From Octopus sinensis (taxonomy: Eukaryota): a stretch of DNA of 64,000 nt. Within the stretch, counting starts at the first letter, position 1, and every line of letters begins with the position of its first letter. The stretch is from NCBI RefSeq assembly GCF_006345805.1, contig NC_043007.1, positions 11,408,001 through 11,472,000 of the forward strand. Direction: 5' to 3'. Positions 38,827 through 50,589 of this stretch are shown piece after piece. A program made the position numbers and the translations under genes. The notes beneath the pieces were generated by a model that searched no databases, was not told where the DNA came from, and saw nothing but the letters and a program-made list of their open reading frames with translations.

Positions 38827-39283
38827 ATATATAGTGTATGTGTTTAATTGGCAAAATATCACCATTCCTAAGTGTAACAAAACATATACATGTATATGTG
38901 TGTGTGTGAGTGAGTGTTCATGTCCCTAACCACCATTTGTCAACCAGTGTTGGTGTGTTTACATCCTCCATAACTTAACAGTTTGGCAAAATAGGCCAAC
39001 AGAATAAGTACCAGGCTTACCTAAAAAATAAGAACTGGGGTCGATTCATTCGACAAAAAAATTTTTCAAGGTGGTGGCCACAGCCTAATGAGTAAAGCAA
39101 GTAAGAGATAACAAGCAAAAGATAAAAGCTCTGTGTGTGTGTGATAAGGACAACAAAATCGACAAGTGTATATTTTCTTCAACATATACAAAATCTAAGA
39201 GTAAAGGCAGAAGTAACATGTAAGATGTCAGCTGTATGCAGAATTAATATCTAGTGCTTTTACATCACACACATGAACACACA

Positions 39284-39317
<34 letters not shown>

Positions 39318-39767
39318 ATCAAATAAACAAAAACAGACACCTACACACATCAAATATGAATTCTTGGTGGGATGATGGCATCCACAGCAATAACATCAAT
39401 GACAAAAGAGCAGAAAATCTATTATATAAACGCATTATATACCGTTCCATGATGCTTGTATACTCGGCAGAGATATGCTTATTGTATGATGCATTGGAAA
39501 ATTAGGCAGAAGACAGTTTGCCACAGCTGCAAGAAGGTTTTATGTCATAAGAGGCGGATGGTAATATTGTTCTGTGTAAATAATGCAGCGAGTGACATGG
39601 GTTAGAAATATGTTTGCGTAAGGTTATGGCATATTTATATAAACTTAGATATGTACATAGATAAGTGTGCGTGTGTGTGTGTGAGTGTGTATAATTATAT
39701 GTGTGTATGCATGTGTAGATATATATCAGTGTGTGTGTATATATATGTATGTATATACATATATGTG

Positions 39768-39813
<46 letters not shown>

Positions 39814-39919
39814 TACACAAATATATATATAACTATATATATATATATATATATATATTTGTGTATATTTATATATACACACACCCACATATAAATGTAT
39901 ATATAGTTATATATATATT

Positions 39920-39967
<48 letters not shown>

Positions 39968-40237
39968 TTTATATACATACATATATATACACACATATAT
40001 CTACATATACATATATATATATGTGTGTTGTGTATATATGTATTATATATATATATATATATATATATAGGAGGCTTCAAATAAGGGTGTAGCACAGTCA
40101 GTAGTGGTGCTCCAGTATGGCTGCAGCTTTGAAGCTGGAACATTTTAAAGAAATTAAAGAATTAGAATATCTAAATATTAGTACACCCACACACACACAC
40201 ATACATACATACATACATACATACATACATACATACA

Positions 40238-40270
<33 letters not shown>

Positions 40271-40808
40271 GTATATATAAATCATATATCATATATATAT
40301 AATATACATATAAAACATGAAAGAAAGAGAAAGTTGAGTTTATGAGATTCTTTAGTAATCACTATGATCATTTCAACCCATCATGCATTAGTCCCTTGTG
40401 GGTGAAATTCTATACAAATAGTTTATGTTATAAACACTACGAACACAAATGAATTCCTGAAGCAAATCCAGTGACCTTTTAATCCTTACTGCTGATGATG
40501 TCAAGTAGTCAAATACACAGAATGTGCTTTAAATGACATCCTACCAGGTTTATATGCAAATTAAAAAATTATTGCTTGTATGTATAAAGGATTTAGTGAC
40601 ATTCTGTGTTTGCTTTTTAGGTTTGTTCCATTTGTGTGTACTTTCATATATTTTTGAACATGATGCAGGAGTGGCTGCGTGGTAAGAAGCTTACTTCCCG
40701 ACCGACCACGTAGTTCCGGGTTCAGTCCCATTGTGTGACACCTTGGGCAAGTGTCTTCTACTATAGCCTCAGGTCAACCAAAGCCTTTGAAGCCAATGAT
40801 ATATATAA

Positions 40809-40867
<59 letters not shown>

Positions 40868-40938
40868 GTGTATGTATGTATGTATGTATATATGTGTATG
40901 TATGTGTGTGTATATAGATATATAGATATTTATATATG

Positions 40939-40969
<31 letters not shown>

Positions 40970-41219
40970 TATATATATATACACACACACTTACACATAC
41001 ACATACATATATATATATTATATATATATATATATGTATCTGAAACCATAGTGATATCCATGGGGCAGCTGATTATGGAAGTATGTTGGATTGTTGTTAT
41101 AGCTGTTTTTGTATATGTGGAATAGCATTATAACACATCCTTTTGATATCTATATATGATTGATTGATTGATTCTAGTTTCAGCTCATGAGCTGTGGCCA
41201 TGCTGGGGCACCGCCATAT

Positions 41220-41263
<44 letters not shown>

Positions 41264-41579
41264 GAGACCAAAGTGTATGTACACCGCTGTATTTTATATA
41301 TAAAAAATACAAAAATTGGACAAGAACGCAAAACATCCAGACAGGTGATGCAAAAAAGAGGAACTGTTAATCCCAACCCATTTTCTTCTCACTCCATTTT
41401 TTCTTTCTGTCTCCATTTTTTTGTTCCTCTTATCCCTTTTTGTTGAAGAACATAGGTTTGAAATGTCAAAGACTTTTCCATTCTTCCAGTGCATACAGCT
41501 ACTACACCTACTTGTTGTTCCTTCACCTGTCTATGTCTTTTTTCTGTACATTTGAACCATGTATATATATATATATATA

Positions 41580-41811
41580 TATAATAATAATAAATATTAG
41601 GGAATAAATCCAAATTTACAGGGAAAAAATCAGATTTAGGATTAAATCCAATTTTATAGTAAAATATTATATAATATTATTAGAGACAAAACCACTATTT
41701 TGCAAAACAAACAAGGAAAGACTTAATCAATACATAAAATTTTTATTAAAATTTTATGTATTGATTAAGTCTTTCCTTGTTTGTTTTGCAAAATAGTGGT
41801 TTTGTCTCTAA

Positions 41812-41823
<12 letters not shown>
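41580..41823. mobile_element. Leader plus perfect hairpin element
   Basis: Arms 41668-41743 and 41748-41823, 4-nt loop; leader family also seen at ~36250-36350. Confidence 0.65.
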
Positions 41824-41854
<31 letters not shown>

Positions 41855-41855
<1 letters not shown>

Positions 41856-42275
41856 GCACCATCCAAGTGTGATTGTTGCCTAGGCTGCTGATTGGCTCCC
41901 ATACCGGTGGCACGTAAAAAGCACCATTTGAGCATGATCGTTGCCAGTGTCACCTTACTAACACATGGCTGGTGGCACATGAAAAACAACATTCAAGTGT
42001 GGTTGTTGCCGGTGCTGCTGGACTGGCTCCGTGCAGGTAGCGCATGAAAAAACACCTTTTGAGTGTGGTCATTGCCAGAACCTTCTGATTGGCCCTTGTG
42101 CCGGTGACACTCTCGGAGTGGTTTGTGTTCAGAAGCGCATCCAGCTGTAGAAACTTTGCCAGATGATATTGGAGCCTGGTGCAGCCATCTGGCTTTCCAG
42201 TCCTCAGTTAAACCGTCTGACACATGCCAGCATGGAAAGCAGATGTTAAATGAAGGCAATGATGATGATGATAAT
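41855..42275 (+). mobile_element. RTE 3' UTR fragment
   Basis: UTR repeats plus (GAT)n tail. Confidence 0.7.
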
Positions 42276-42289
42276 GATATTTATATATG

Positions 42290-42332
<43 letters not shown>

Positions 42333-42381
42333 ATAAATACACAACATACATGTTCACAACATATATATATATATATATATA

Positions 42382-42776
42382 CTAGCAGTATCGCCCGGCG
42401 TTGCTCGGGTTTGTAAGGGAATTAACTATATAAGCATTTTTAGAGATGTAAAGTATAATAGCCATCTCAATATGGCTAACCACAAAGGGGGGTGTTACTG
42501 TAGCTTTTTACGTTCTGAGATTTAATAATAAATTTTTAGAGAGTTACTTCCCTTATATATGCCAAAAATGTATTAAAAATGGGAAAAATTGATGGTAAAT
42601 TTTTTTTAAAATCGTAGACTCATCGTAGACGCACGCTAATACCCAGAAGGGCTCGATATGAATCACGACTATAAGATACCCGGTTTTGGTTAAACTGCAC
42701 CGCAAAACGTGGGAGTAGTTAGGAATCTAAATCGTAGGAGACAGACAGCACACAACCTCACTTTTATATATAAAGA
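42382..42776 (-). mobile_element. Non-autonomous Helitron
   Basis: TC...hairpin CCCGAGCAACGCCGGG...CTAG|T on minus. Confidence 0.8.
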
Positions 42777-43535
42777 CTAGCAGTATCGCCCGGCGTTGCT
42801 CGGGTTTGTAAGGGAAATAACTATATAAGCATTTTTAGAGAGTTATAGCAAAAAAATAGCAAAAAAATGCATTAAAAATGGAATAAAAAATGATGGTAAT
42901 TTTTTTTTTAAATTGTTGACTCATCGTAGACATTTTTAGAGAGTTATAGCAAAAAAATAGCAAAAAAATGCATTAAAAATGGAATAAAAAATGATGGTAA
43001 TTTTTTTTTTAAATTGTTGACTCATCGTAGACATTTTTAGAGAGTTACTTCCCTTATATAATAGCGAAAAAATGCATTAAAATGGAAAAAATGATGGTAA
43101 TTTTTTTTTTTAATCGTAGACTCATGTAGACGCTTTCTTAGCCATTTCTGTTTTGGTGTCTTCAAGCCATGAAGTCGTTGTTCTAAAAGAACGCTGGTCT
43201 CCTTGACAACGCTTTACGACGTTGATTTCCTTACACTCCCTTCCCCACAGCTTCTCGAGGGAGGGAAGAAGGGGGAGAAGCAAACAGGTGCAGGTGTGAC
43301 CATTGACGCCAACTCCGCCGCCATCGACACACGAAAAATTATAAAAAATGATGTTAAATTATTTTTAAAATCATAGACTCATCGTAGATGCGCGCTAATA
43401 CTCAGACGGGCTCGATATGAATCACGACTATAAGATACCCGAATTTGGTTTAACTGCACTGCAAAATGTGGGAGTAGTTAGGAATCTAAATCGAAGGGGA
43501 CAGACACTCACACAACTACAGTTTTATATATATAT
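42777..43535 (-). mobile_element. Longer Helitron copy, head-to-tail with the previous one
   Basis: Direct junction TAAAGA|CTAG; internal ~100-bp tandem duplication; unique 43134-43333 segment. Confidence 0.75.
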
Positions 43536-44030
43536 ATATATGTACACACACACACACACATATATATACATCAGTGCCCACACATTTGCTCTTACATAAC
43601 ACTATGAAATAGTGTTTGCATCTATATTTAGGATTATGTTTAACATTCTGTTAGAATTACCTCCGATTATTTAGTATATTGAAATAAACCAAACAACTTT
43701 AAAATTTCAAAAATGTATTCAACATTTGATTTTGCTTCAAGGCGAATGTTGCAATTGATTATATTTATGTATTTTTGTATTTTATTATTATTATTTTTTT
43801 TTTAATATTTTTCTTTCTTTTCTTAAAACTAAAACATTATTTCAATATTTACAACATTTTGCATCTTTGGTTTGTCTGCTTGTTATTTCACTGGCTGAAA
43901 AAATGTCATTTATCATCAGAGTCCTTATTTATAAATTCTCTGATTTTTCTGTACCAACACCTACAATTCTATCATCCAACTCATTGTCCTTCTTCCAACC
44001 ACTCACAAATATAAACCTAAGATACTTAGA

Positions 44031-44462
44031 TATACATCTGGAAGATCCTGGAAGGACTTGTCCTAAACTTTGGCATCGAGAGTTACACAAATACCAAAAC
44101 TGGGCACCACTGCATAGTGCCAAGGACTCCAAATTTGCCATCAAGATGTAGGACAAGATACTGTGATAGCCTGGGCTTCAGAGGTCCACAGCTCTTCAAT
44201 ATCCTCCCGAAGAACCTGAAAGACCTGCATGGGGTGGATGCAGATGATTTTAAAATAAAACTGGATCTCTTCTTGTCAGGTGTCCCAGATAAACCAACTT
44301 CACGGCAGGATGTGCAGATGAGGGCAGCTGCATCGAACTCTCTCATGCACCAAATGTCAATTGCTAAAAAGCATTCGTGAAGTAAAATCATGTAGCAACA
44401 CTGAATGGCGGTGCCCCAGCATGGCCACAGCTCGTGAGCTGTAACTAGATAAAATATAAAAT
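44031..44462 (+). mobile_element. CR1/L2-group LINE 3' fragment
   Basis: IYIWKILEGLV...SLGFRGPQLFNILPKNL...KLDLFLSGVPDKP...RAAASNSL*, then tail GGCGGTGCCCCAGCATGGCCACAGCTCGTGAGCTG. Confidence 0.8.
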
Positions 44463-44630
44463 ATAATTGCTTTAGCGTTTAAACTGGCCACACTTTTTTA
44501 CCTCTTTACTTTTACTCCCTCCCCTCACTTGGCAGTCATTCAAATAGCTCTTTTGTCTTAATAACAGTCAATCACACAGTATTTTCCCTTTGTATAATGA
44601 TCATTTTCATAGCATTTTTTCCGATGGCCG

Positions 44631-44691
44631 GATAACTGAAGAGATGGCAGCATGGATTTCCACCTCGGCATTCGAAACTCAGAGTTTTATC
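44631..44691 (+). ncRNA. Type I hammerhead motif with canonical core
   Basis: GATAA-CTGAAGA-[GATG...CATTC]-GAA-ACT(CAG)AGT-T-TTATC; helix II imperfect. Confidence 0.55.
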
Positions 44692-44804
44692 ATTGCTACA
44701 GAATAATTGTCACATATTACATTTACAGATAAATTCCTCTATTTACATAATATCGAGGTCTCTTTCTTTCTTTTGTTGTCTTACCATTTTTATCAATATA
44801 TATA

Positions 44805-44846
<42 letters not shown>

Positions 44847-45059
44847 TATATAATATAGGGGGACAGACAGAGAGACGACACACTCAAGCCCTGGGAAGGG
44901 AGAAAGATGGGGCATTTCTAATGGAGCATTCAACCTAAGCTTTAAGCTATCTACACTCTTGGATTATAATCTTAAGTAAGATTGAATTTTTTTTAGGTGT
45001 AAAAGATCCAGGTGTCATAACAGTAAAATCAATGTATGGATTTAACAAAAAGTAAAATA

Positions 45060-45465
45060 GAAATATTAATATTTCTAGATCTCTCTAAAGGAGACTACAG
45101 CAGTGGTACTGGATATTAATGGTTATCGCCAAGCTAACATGGCAATCCAGAAAAATGGGACGAATGCTGCCATTGATTAGCTCCAAGAGGCCATCGCCTC
45201 TAGCTAGCTATTTGTCCATTATAACCTTTGAACAGAGGAGGTCAGCAGCTTCCCCTTGCTGGTTTGGCATTCACAGACTAGTTTCGGGGTAGTTGCCCCC
45301 TATCAATGTGGAGTAGTCGAACCCAGCTGGTGCCACTGCTGACCATCTGTTCAAAGGATTATTTACCTAAATTCAGTGGAATACATCCACTGGTTTTCAA
45401 AAATAGAAATATTCGTCCTATTTTCCTCGACTGCCATGTTAGCTTGGCGATAACTATTAATAAAA
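45060..45465 (-). mobile_element. PLE-like element with partial inverted terminal copy
   Basis: Homologous to 5893-6175; ~45115-45165 is inverted at ~45412-45462. Confidence 0.6.
45272..45310 (-). ncRNA. Minimal hammerhead-like motif, U3-A8 core
   Basis: CACA-TTGATAG-GGGG(CAACTA)CCCC-GAA-ACTAGT-C-TGTG. Confidence 0.55.
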
Positions 45466-45485
45466 AGTAAAATATAATCCAGATA

Positions 45486-45888
45486 GGCGCAGGAGTGGCT
45501 GTGTGGTAAGTAGCTTGCTAACCAGCCACATGGTTCCGGGTTCAGCCCTACTGCGTAGCATCTTGGGCAAGTGTCTTCTGCTATAGCCCCGGGCCGACCA
45601 ATGCCTTGTGAGTGGATTTGGTAGACAGAAACTGAACGAAGCCTGTCGTATATATGTGTATATATATATATATGTATGTGTGTGTCTGTGTTTGTACCCC
45701 TAGCATTGCTTGACAACCGATGCTGGTGTGCTTACGTCCCCGTCACTTAGCGGTTCGGCAAAAAGAGACTGATAGAATAAGTACTGGGCTTACAAAGAAT
45801 AAGTCCCGGGGTAGATTTGCTTGACTAAAGGCGGTGCTCCAGCATGGCCACAGTCAAATGACTGAAACAAGTAAAAGAGTAAAAGAGT
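45486..45888 (+). mobile_element. SINE family A
   Basis: Full-length family match. Confidence 0.85.
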
Positions 45889-46329
45889 ATAGAAGACAAA
45901 GAAAGATTTTATTGTATCTTTAATGACCAGTTGCAATTGTTTCTGTACCAATTCTGTTTTCCATGACAGCTCATGCAAGGGTTCCATGTGAAAATTTACA
46001 TAATATTTGCTTGTGCCACATAAAAAGCTCTCAGTCTACTCTGCTGGGTGGTTGGTGTTAGGAAAGGCATCCAGTTGTAACAACCCTGCCAAAACAGACA
46101 CAGAAGTCTGGTGCAGGCTCCTGCCTGGCCAGTTCCTGTCAAACCATCCAACCCATGTCAGCAGGGAAAGCGAATGTTAAACAATGATGATATATATAAC
46201 ATAAGGCATAAATAATGGTCATTACATGTTTTTCCTTATTGTACCTGGTTCCAGGTTCAGTCCCACTGCGTGGCACCATGGGCAAGTGTCTTCTGCTGTA
46301 ACCTCTAAATACCTCTATTATTTTTACCC

Positions 46330-46900
46330 TCTCTTCAATTGGCACAAGGCTATTTCCCTCCATACTACTTCCCACAGTCGGATAATGGTGAGGGGGTACC
46401 CACATAGGGTGAAGTGGTGAGCCATGTGTTGAGACTGGTTTGAAGTTATGGTCATTACTACAGAACCAGTGGAGATGGAGAAGCTGGGAGCAGGGGATGG
46501 ACAGTTTGGTGTGGGTAGGATGAGAGGAGGAGAAGTTGGGATAGTAGTGTAAGTCTGTGTGCTTAAGGTGAATGAAGATGGTAAGAGAGGAGTGGTGGAT
46601 GCCTACAGAAATGTCGAGAAAGTTGATGGAGGAATTGGAGACAGTGCAGGAGAATTCGAAGGAAGGATTGGACGAAGAAGGGGAAGGAGCCAAGCTGGTC
46701 ATGGGAGAATGAGGTCACACCAGTACAGTCATCAATATACTGACTGTATAGCTCAGGAATATGACAGGTGAACTGTGGGAATATCTGGGTCTTGATATAG
46801 CTGACGAATAGGGGCCCATTTTTGTTCCCATGTCCATCACTGAAACCTGATAGTAAAAGTCTCCCAAGAATGAGAAGCAGCTGAGGGAGAGGGCAGGTTC
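46330..46900 (-). pseudogene. Penelope-like reverse transcriptase remnant
   Basis: FSFLGDFYYQVSVMDMGTKMGP and INFLDISV...TDLHYYPNFSSSHPTHTKLSIP.SQ match PLE RT and thumb motifs. Confidence 0.75.
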
Positions 46901-47034
46901 AACCAAACAAGAATAAACTGTTAGATGATGGCTTAGCTGACCAAATCTTTGAAGTCTTCGTCATCAATATTCTTGGTTAAGAATAATAGATTTGTACTCT
47001 ACATAAGTATAGGGCAACCAATCAGATTAATGTT

Positions 47035-47600
47035 TTAGGTTGTCCGGAAAGTTCATGCCAATTTTTAAAGGAAAGAAAAAGGTCAATAAATATTTGCCAT
47101 TACATTTTTAATCAACCAAATATGAACCATTTTGTTGCACAATGCCTCTCCATCTTTCCTTTAACTTGAAAATACTCTCTTCCCAGAATTGAGGCGGTTT
47201 CATGCCAAAGAATTCATCAAGGTATATTTTTACGTCATCTAAGGAATTGAAATTTTTACCATTAAGACTATTCTGCAGAGACCTGAATAAGTGGAAATCC
47301 AGAGGAGCAATATCCGGTGAATATGGAGGGTGGGGTAACACATCCCAGCTGAGCTGCAGCACTTCTTGTCTGGTTCCCAAAGCATCAAGTGCCGAAAATG
47401 AACTTTCTTATCTTCCATTATAAAGGGTTACAGAATTAACACAGGTTATAGGAACATAAACCTTCTTCCACGAAAAGATAGCTTAAACTGTGCTCTAAAT
47501 GGAGGTGTAGTCAAATCCTGTTTTATGGACTCAACCATGTTCTAAAATAAGTCGAAATATAAGCTGCTATAAATCGGCACGAACTTTCTGGACAACTCAA
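47035..47600 (-). mobile_element. Internally deleted mariner element
   Basis: TIRs TTAGGTTGTCCGGAAAGTTC / GAACTTTCTGGACAACTCAA|TA; ORF LPHPPYSPDIAPLDFHLFRSLQNSL...KLKERW. Confidence 0.9.
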
Positions 47601-47699
47601 TAAAATTGTTTTTATCATAACTAAACATAAAAAAAAACATTCATATATATATATATATCTATGTATATATATATCTATATATATATATATATATATATT

Positions 47700-47892
47700 G
47701 GCCCTCGTGCTGGTGGCACGTAAAACCACCCACTACACTCTCGGAGTGGTTGGCGTTAGGAAGGGCATCCAGTTGTAGAAACTCTGCCAGATCAGATTGG
47801 AGCCTGGTGCAGCTATCTGGTTCACCAGTCATCAGTCAAATCGTCTAACCCATGCTAGCATGGAAAGCAGACGTTAAATTATGATGATGATG

Positions 47893-47895
<3 letters not shown>
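47700..47895 (+). mobile_element. RTE 3' tail fragment
   Basis: Family UTR end plus (GAT)n. Confidence 0.7.
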
Positions 47896-47926
<31 letters not shown>

Positions 47927-49217
47927 GGGATCAGTTTCTGACTGAAGAATGAAGGCTTTGAATGACCCGTTTGTCTTTTTGTTCGTCCCTTCGTGTATTT
48001 CACGTTATTTATTTATGTAAAGGTTTATTATATATATATATATATAATGTAAGAAAAAAGCAAAGGTCACATAATGAACTTCATTAGCTTACAGATGTTT
48101 CTGCTATATGATGCAGTGAACTCTTTGTTGAGAACCCAGATAACATCTTATAGCTTCATTGGAACCTTGAACATGAACTGCACTTTATTTGGGAAAATTA
48201 CATTTTCAAAGCATAGGCATTATGGGTGAGAAAGTCTACACTGATGTAAATGGAAAAGTCTGCCCAAAAGTGTATATATATGCAAAGAGTATATATAAAA
48301 GAATATATATATATATACACACACACATATATATATACATAAATGTCTATACATACAAACATATCTATATATATATACATGCACACACATACATATATGT
48401 AGATTCCCTCATAGATATGCTTTTTATTCAAACAAGCTTTCCAATAAAAGAAAATTAAGGTCAGAGATTAGTCAATACAAAGTGTATTACATGTAAATAT
48501 TTGTACTAAAAACTAAGTATATTTTTTAATCAATATTTTAAATAGATTTCATTACCATTTTCAATGCATGTATTATAAACATATTTACCATCATTATTGA
48601 CAGTATGAGTAAATTTATATGTGTATATTTATATATGTAAATAGATATATATGTGAGCATGTATGTGTGTGTGTGGGGGGGGTTAGTAATTGCTATCGCA
48701 TGGTTTTATGTTAATATCCAGGCATTTGATCATACAGAGATTTGAGGAATCTATAAAATAAAATAATATGAGTGAGAATCAAAAATTATACACACACTCT
48801 TGATTTTTCAATGTTAAACAGTGGATAAACAAGTATGTCATTTTTCTACATAGTAGCTGTGTGGTAAGTAGCTTGCTTACCAACCACATGGTTCGGGGTT
48901 CAGTCCCACTGCGTGGCACCTTGGGCAAGTCTCTTCTACTATAGCCTTGGGCCGACCAAATCCTTGTGAGTGGATTTGGTAGACAGAAACTGAAAGAAGC
49001 CTGTCGTATATATGTATATATATATATAACATGGAAATAAGTATATGTATTGATGGAAAACTTCTATGAATGGCTGATGATTGCTCAACATTTTAAAACT
49101 GATGTAATACTTACAATATTTAATAAAATGATGTAGCATGAAATGGTCATACCAAATTACCAAGATATTCTTTTTGCTTACTTTGATTATATATATATAT
49201 ATATTATATATATATAT

Positions 49218-50179
49218 ATAATTTCAACAATTGAGGGCAAAATTAATTATATTAATCAATTTCACCAAGTGTTCAGTATGCAAAGGACCATTCAAGCGAA
49301 TTCAAATTATTACATTATATAAAGGGCTTAGTAAAATAAATTACTTGCCGCATACTAACTCATTAGAAATATAGCAGCTAAAAACTTTTTTAAAACTATT
49401 TCTAATACTTAAAGAAAATCTCTCTCATATATAGTGTTTGCTTGATTCAACTCACAAAAGTTTGGGGGTAAGGACATCGAAAAATCAAATGCTAAGGTTA
49501 TTCGAGAACGTACGTTTCAAGATTAGTCAAAACACATTTCTATCATCGGCTCAGAAATTCCTTGGTTTGGATTTGGAAACACTGAAAATAAGAACATACC
49601 CTTTCGAAGATCTGCTCCCAACTAACAGGTCCAACAATTCAAATAAGCAAGCGAAGAATCTCTGTTCTCCCCTTTCCACCAGCGTGGGTTAAAATCATCA
49701 AACCTATGCTTATTTCGGTAAAATCCGAAGCATTAATCAGAGGAAGATTAATTATAATTTCAACAATTGAGGCAAAATTAATTAATTATAATCAATTTCA
49801 CCCAGTGTTCAGTATGCAAAGGACCATTCAAGGCGAATTCAAATTATTACATTATATAAAGGGCTTAGTAAAATAAATTACTTTGCCGCATACTGAACTC
49901 ATTAGAAATAGCAGCTAAAAAACTTTTTTAAAACATTTCTAATACTTAAAGAAAATCTCTCTCATATATAGTGTTTGCTTGATTTATATATGTAATTTGA
50001 ATTCGCCTTGAATGGTCCCTTTGCATACTGAACACTGTGAAATTGATTAATATTAATTAATTGCCCTCAATTGTTGAAATTATAATTAATCTTCCTCTGA
50101 TTAATGCTTCGGATTTTACCGAAATAAGCATAGTGTTTGATGATTTTAACCCACGCTGGTGGAAGGGGAGAACAGAGAT
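49218..50179. mobile_element. Direct-plus-inverted repeat element (PLE-type architecture)
   Basis: ~49218-49447 repeated at ~49753-49984; ~49986-50179 is the inverse of ~49659-49857. Confidence 0.65.
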
Positions 50180-50224
<45 letters not shown>

Positions 50225-50283
50225 TATATATATATATATATAGATATATATATATATATATCTATATATATTATATATATATA

Positions 50284-50341
<58 letters not shown>

Positions 50342-50589
50342 ATATATATGTATGTGTGTGATATGTTTATGTGTGTATATGTTTGTTGCCACAACATCGC
50401 TTGACAACTGATGGTGGTGTGTTTGCATCCCCGTAACTTAGCGGTTTGGCAAAAGAGACCAATAGAATACGTACTAGGCTTACAAAGAATAAGTCCTGGG
50501 GTCGATTTGCTCGACTAAAGGCGGTGCTCCAGCATGGCCGCAGTCAAATGACTGAAACAAGTAAAAGAGTAAAAAGAGCAAAGAGAATA

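Noticed and set aside
49438-49692. 84-aa ORF as a PLE endonuclease
   Set aside because: No GIY-YIG or RT motif visible
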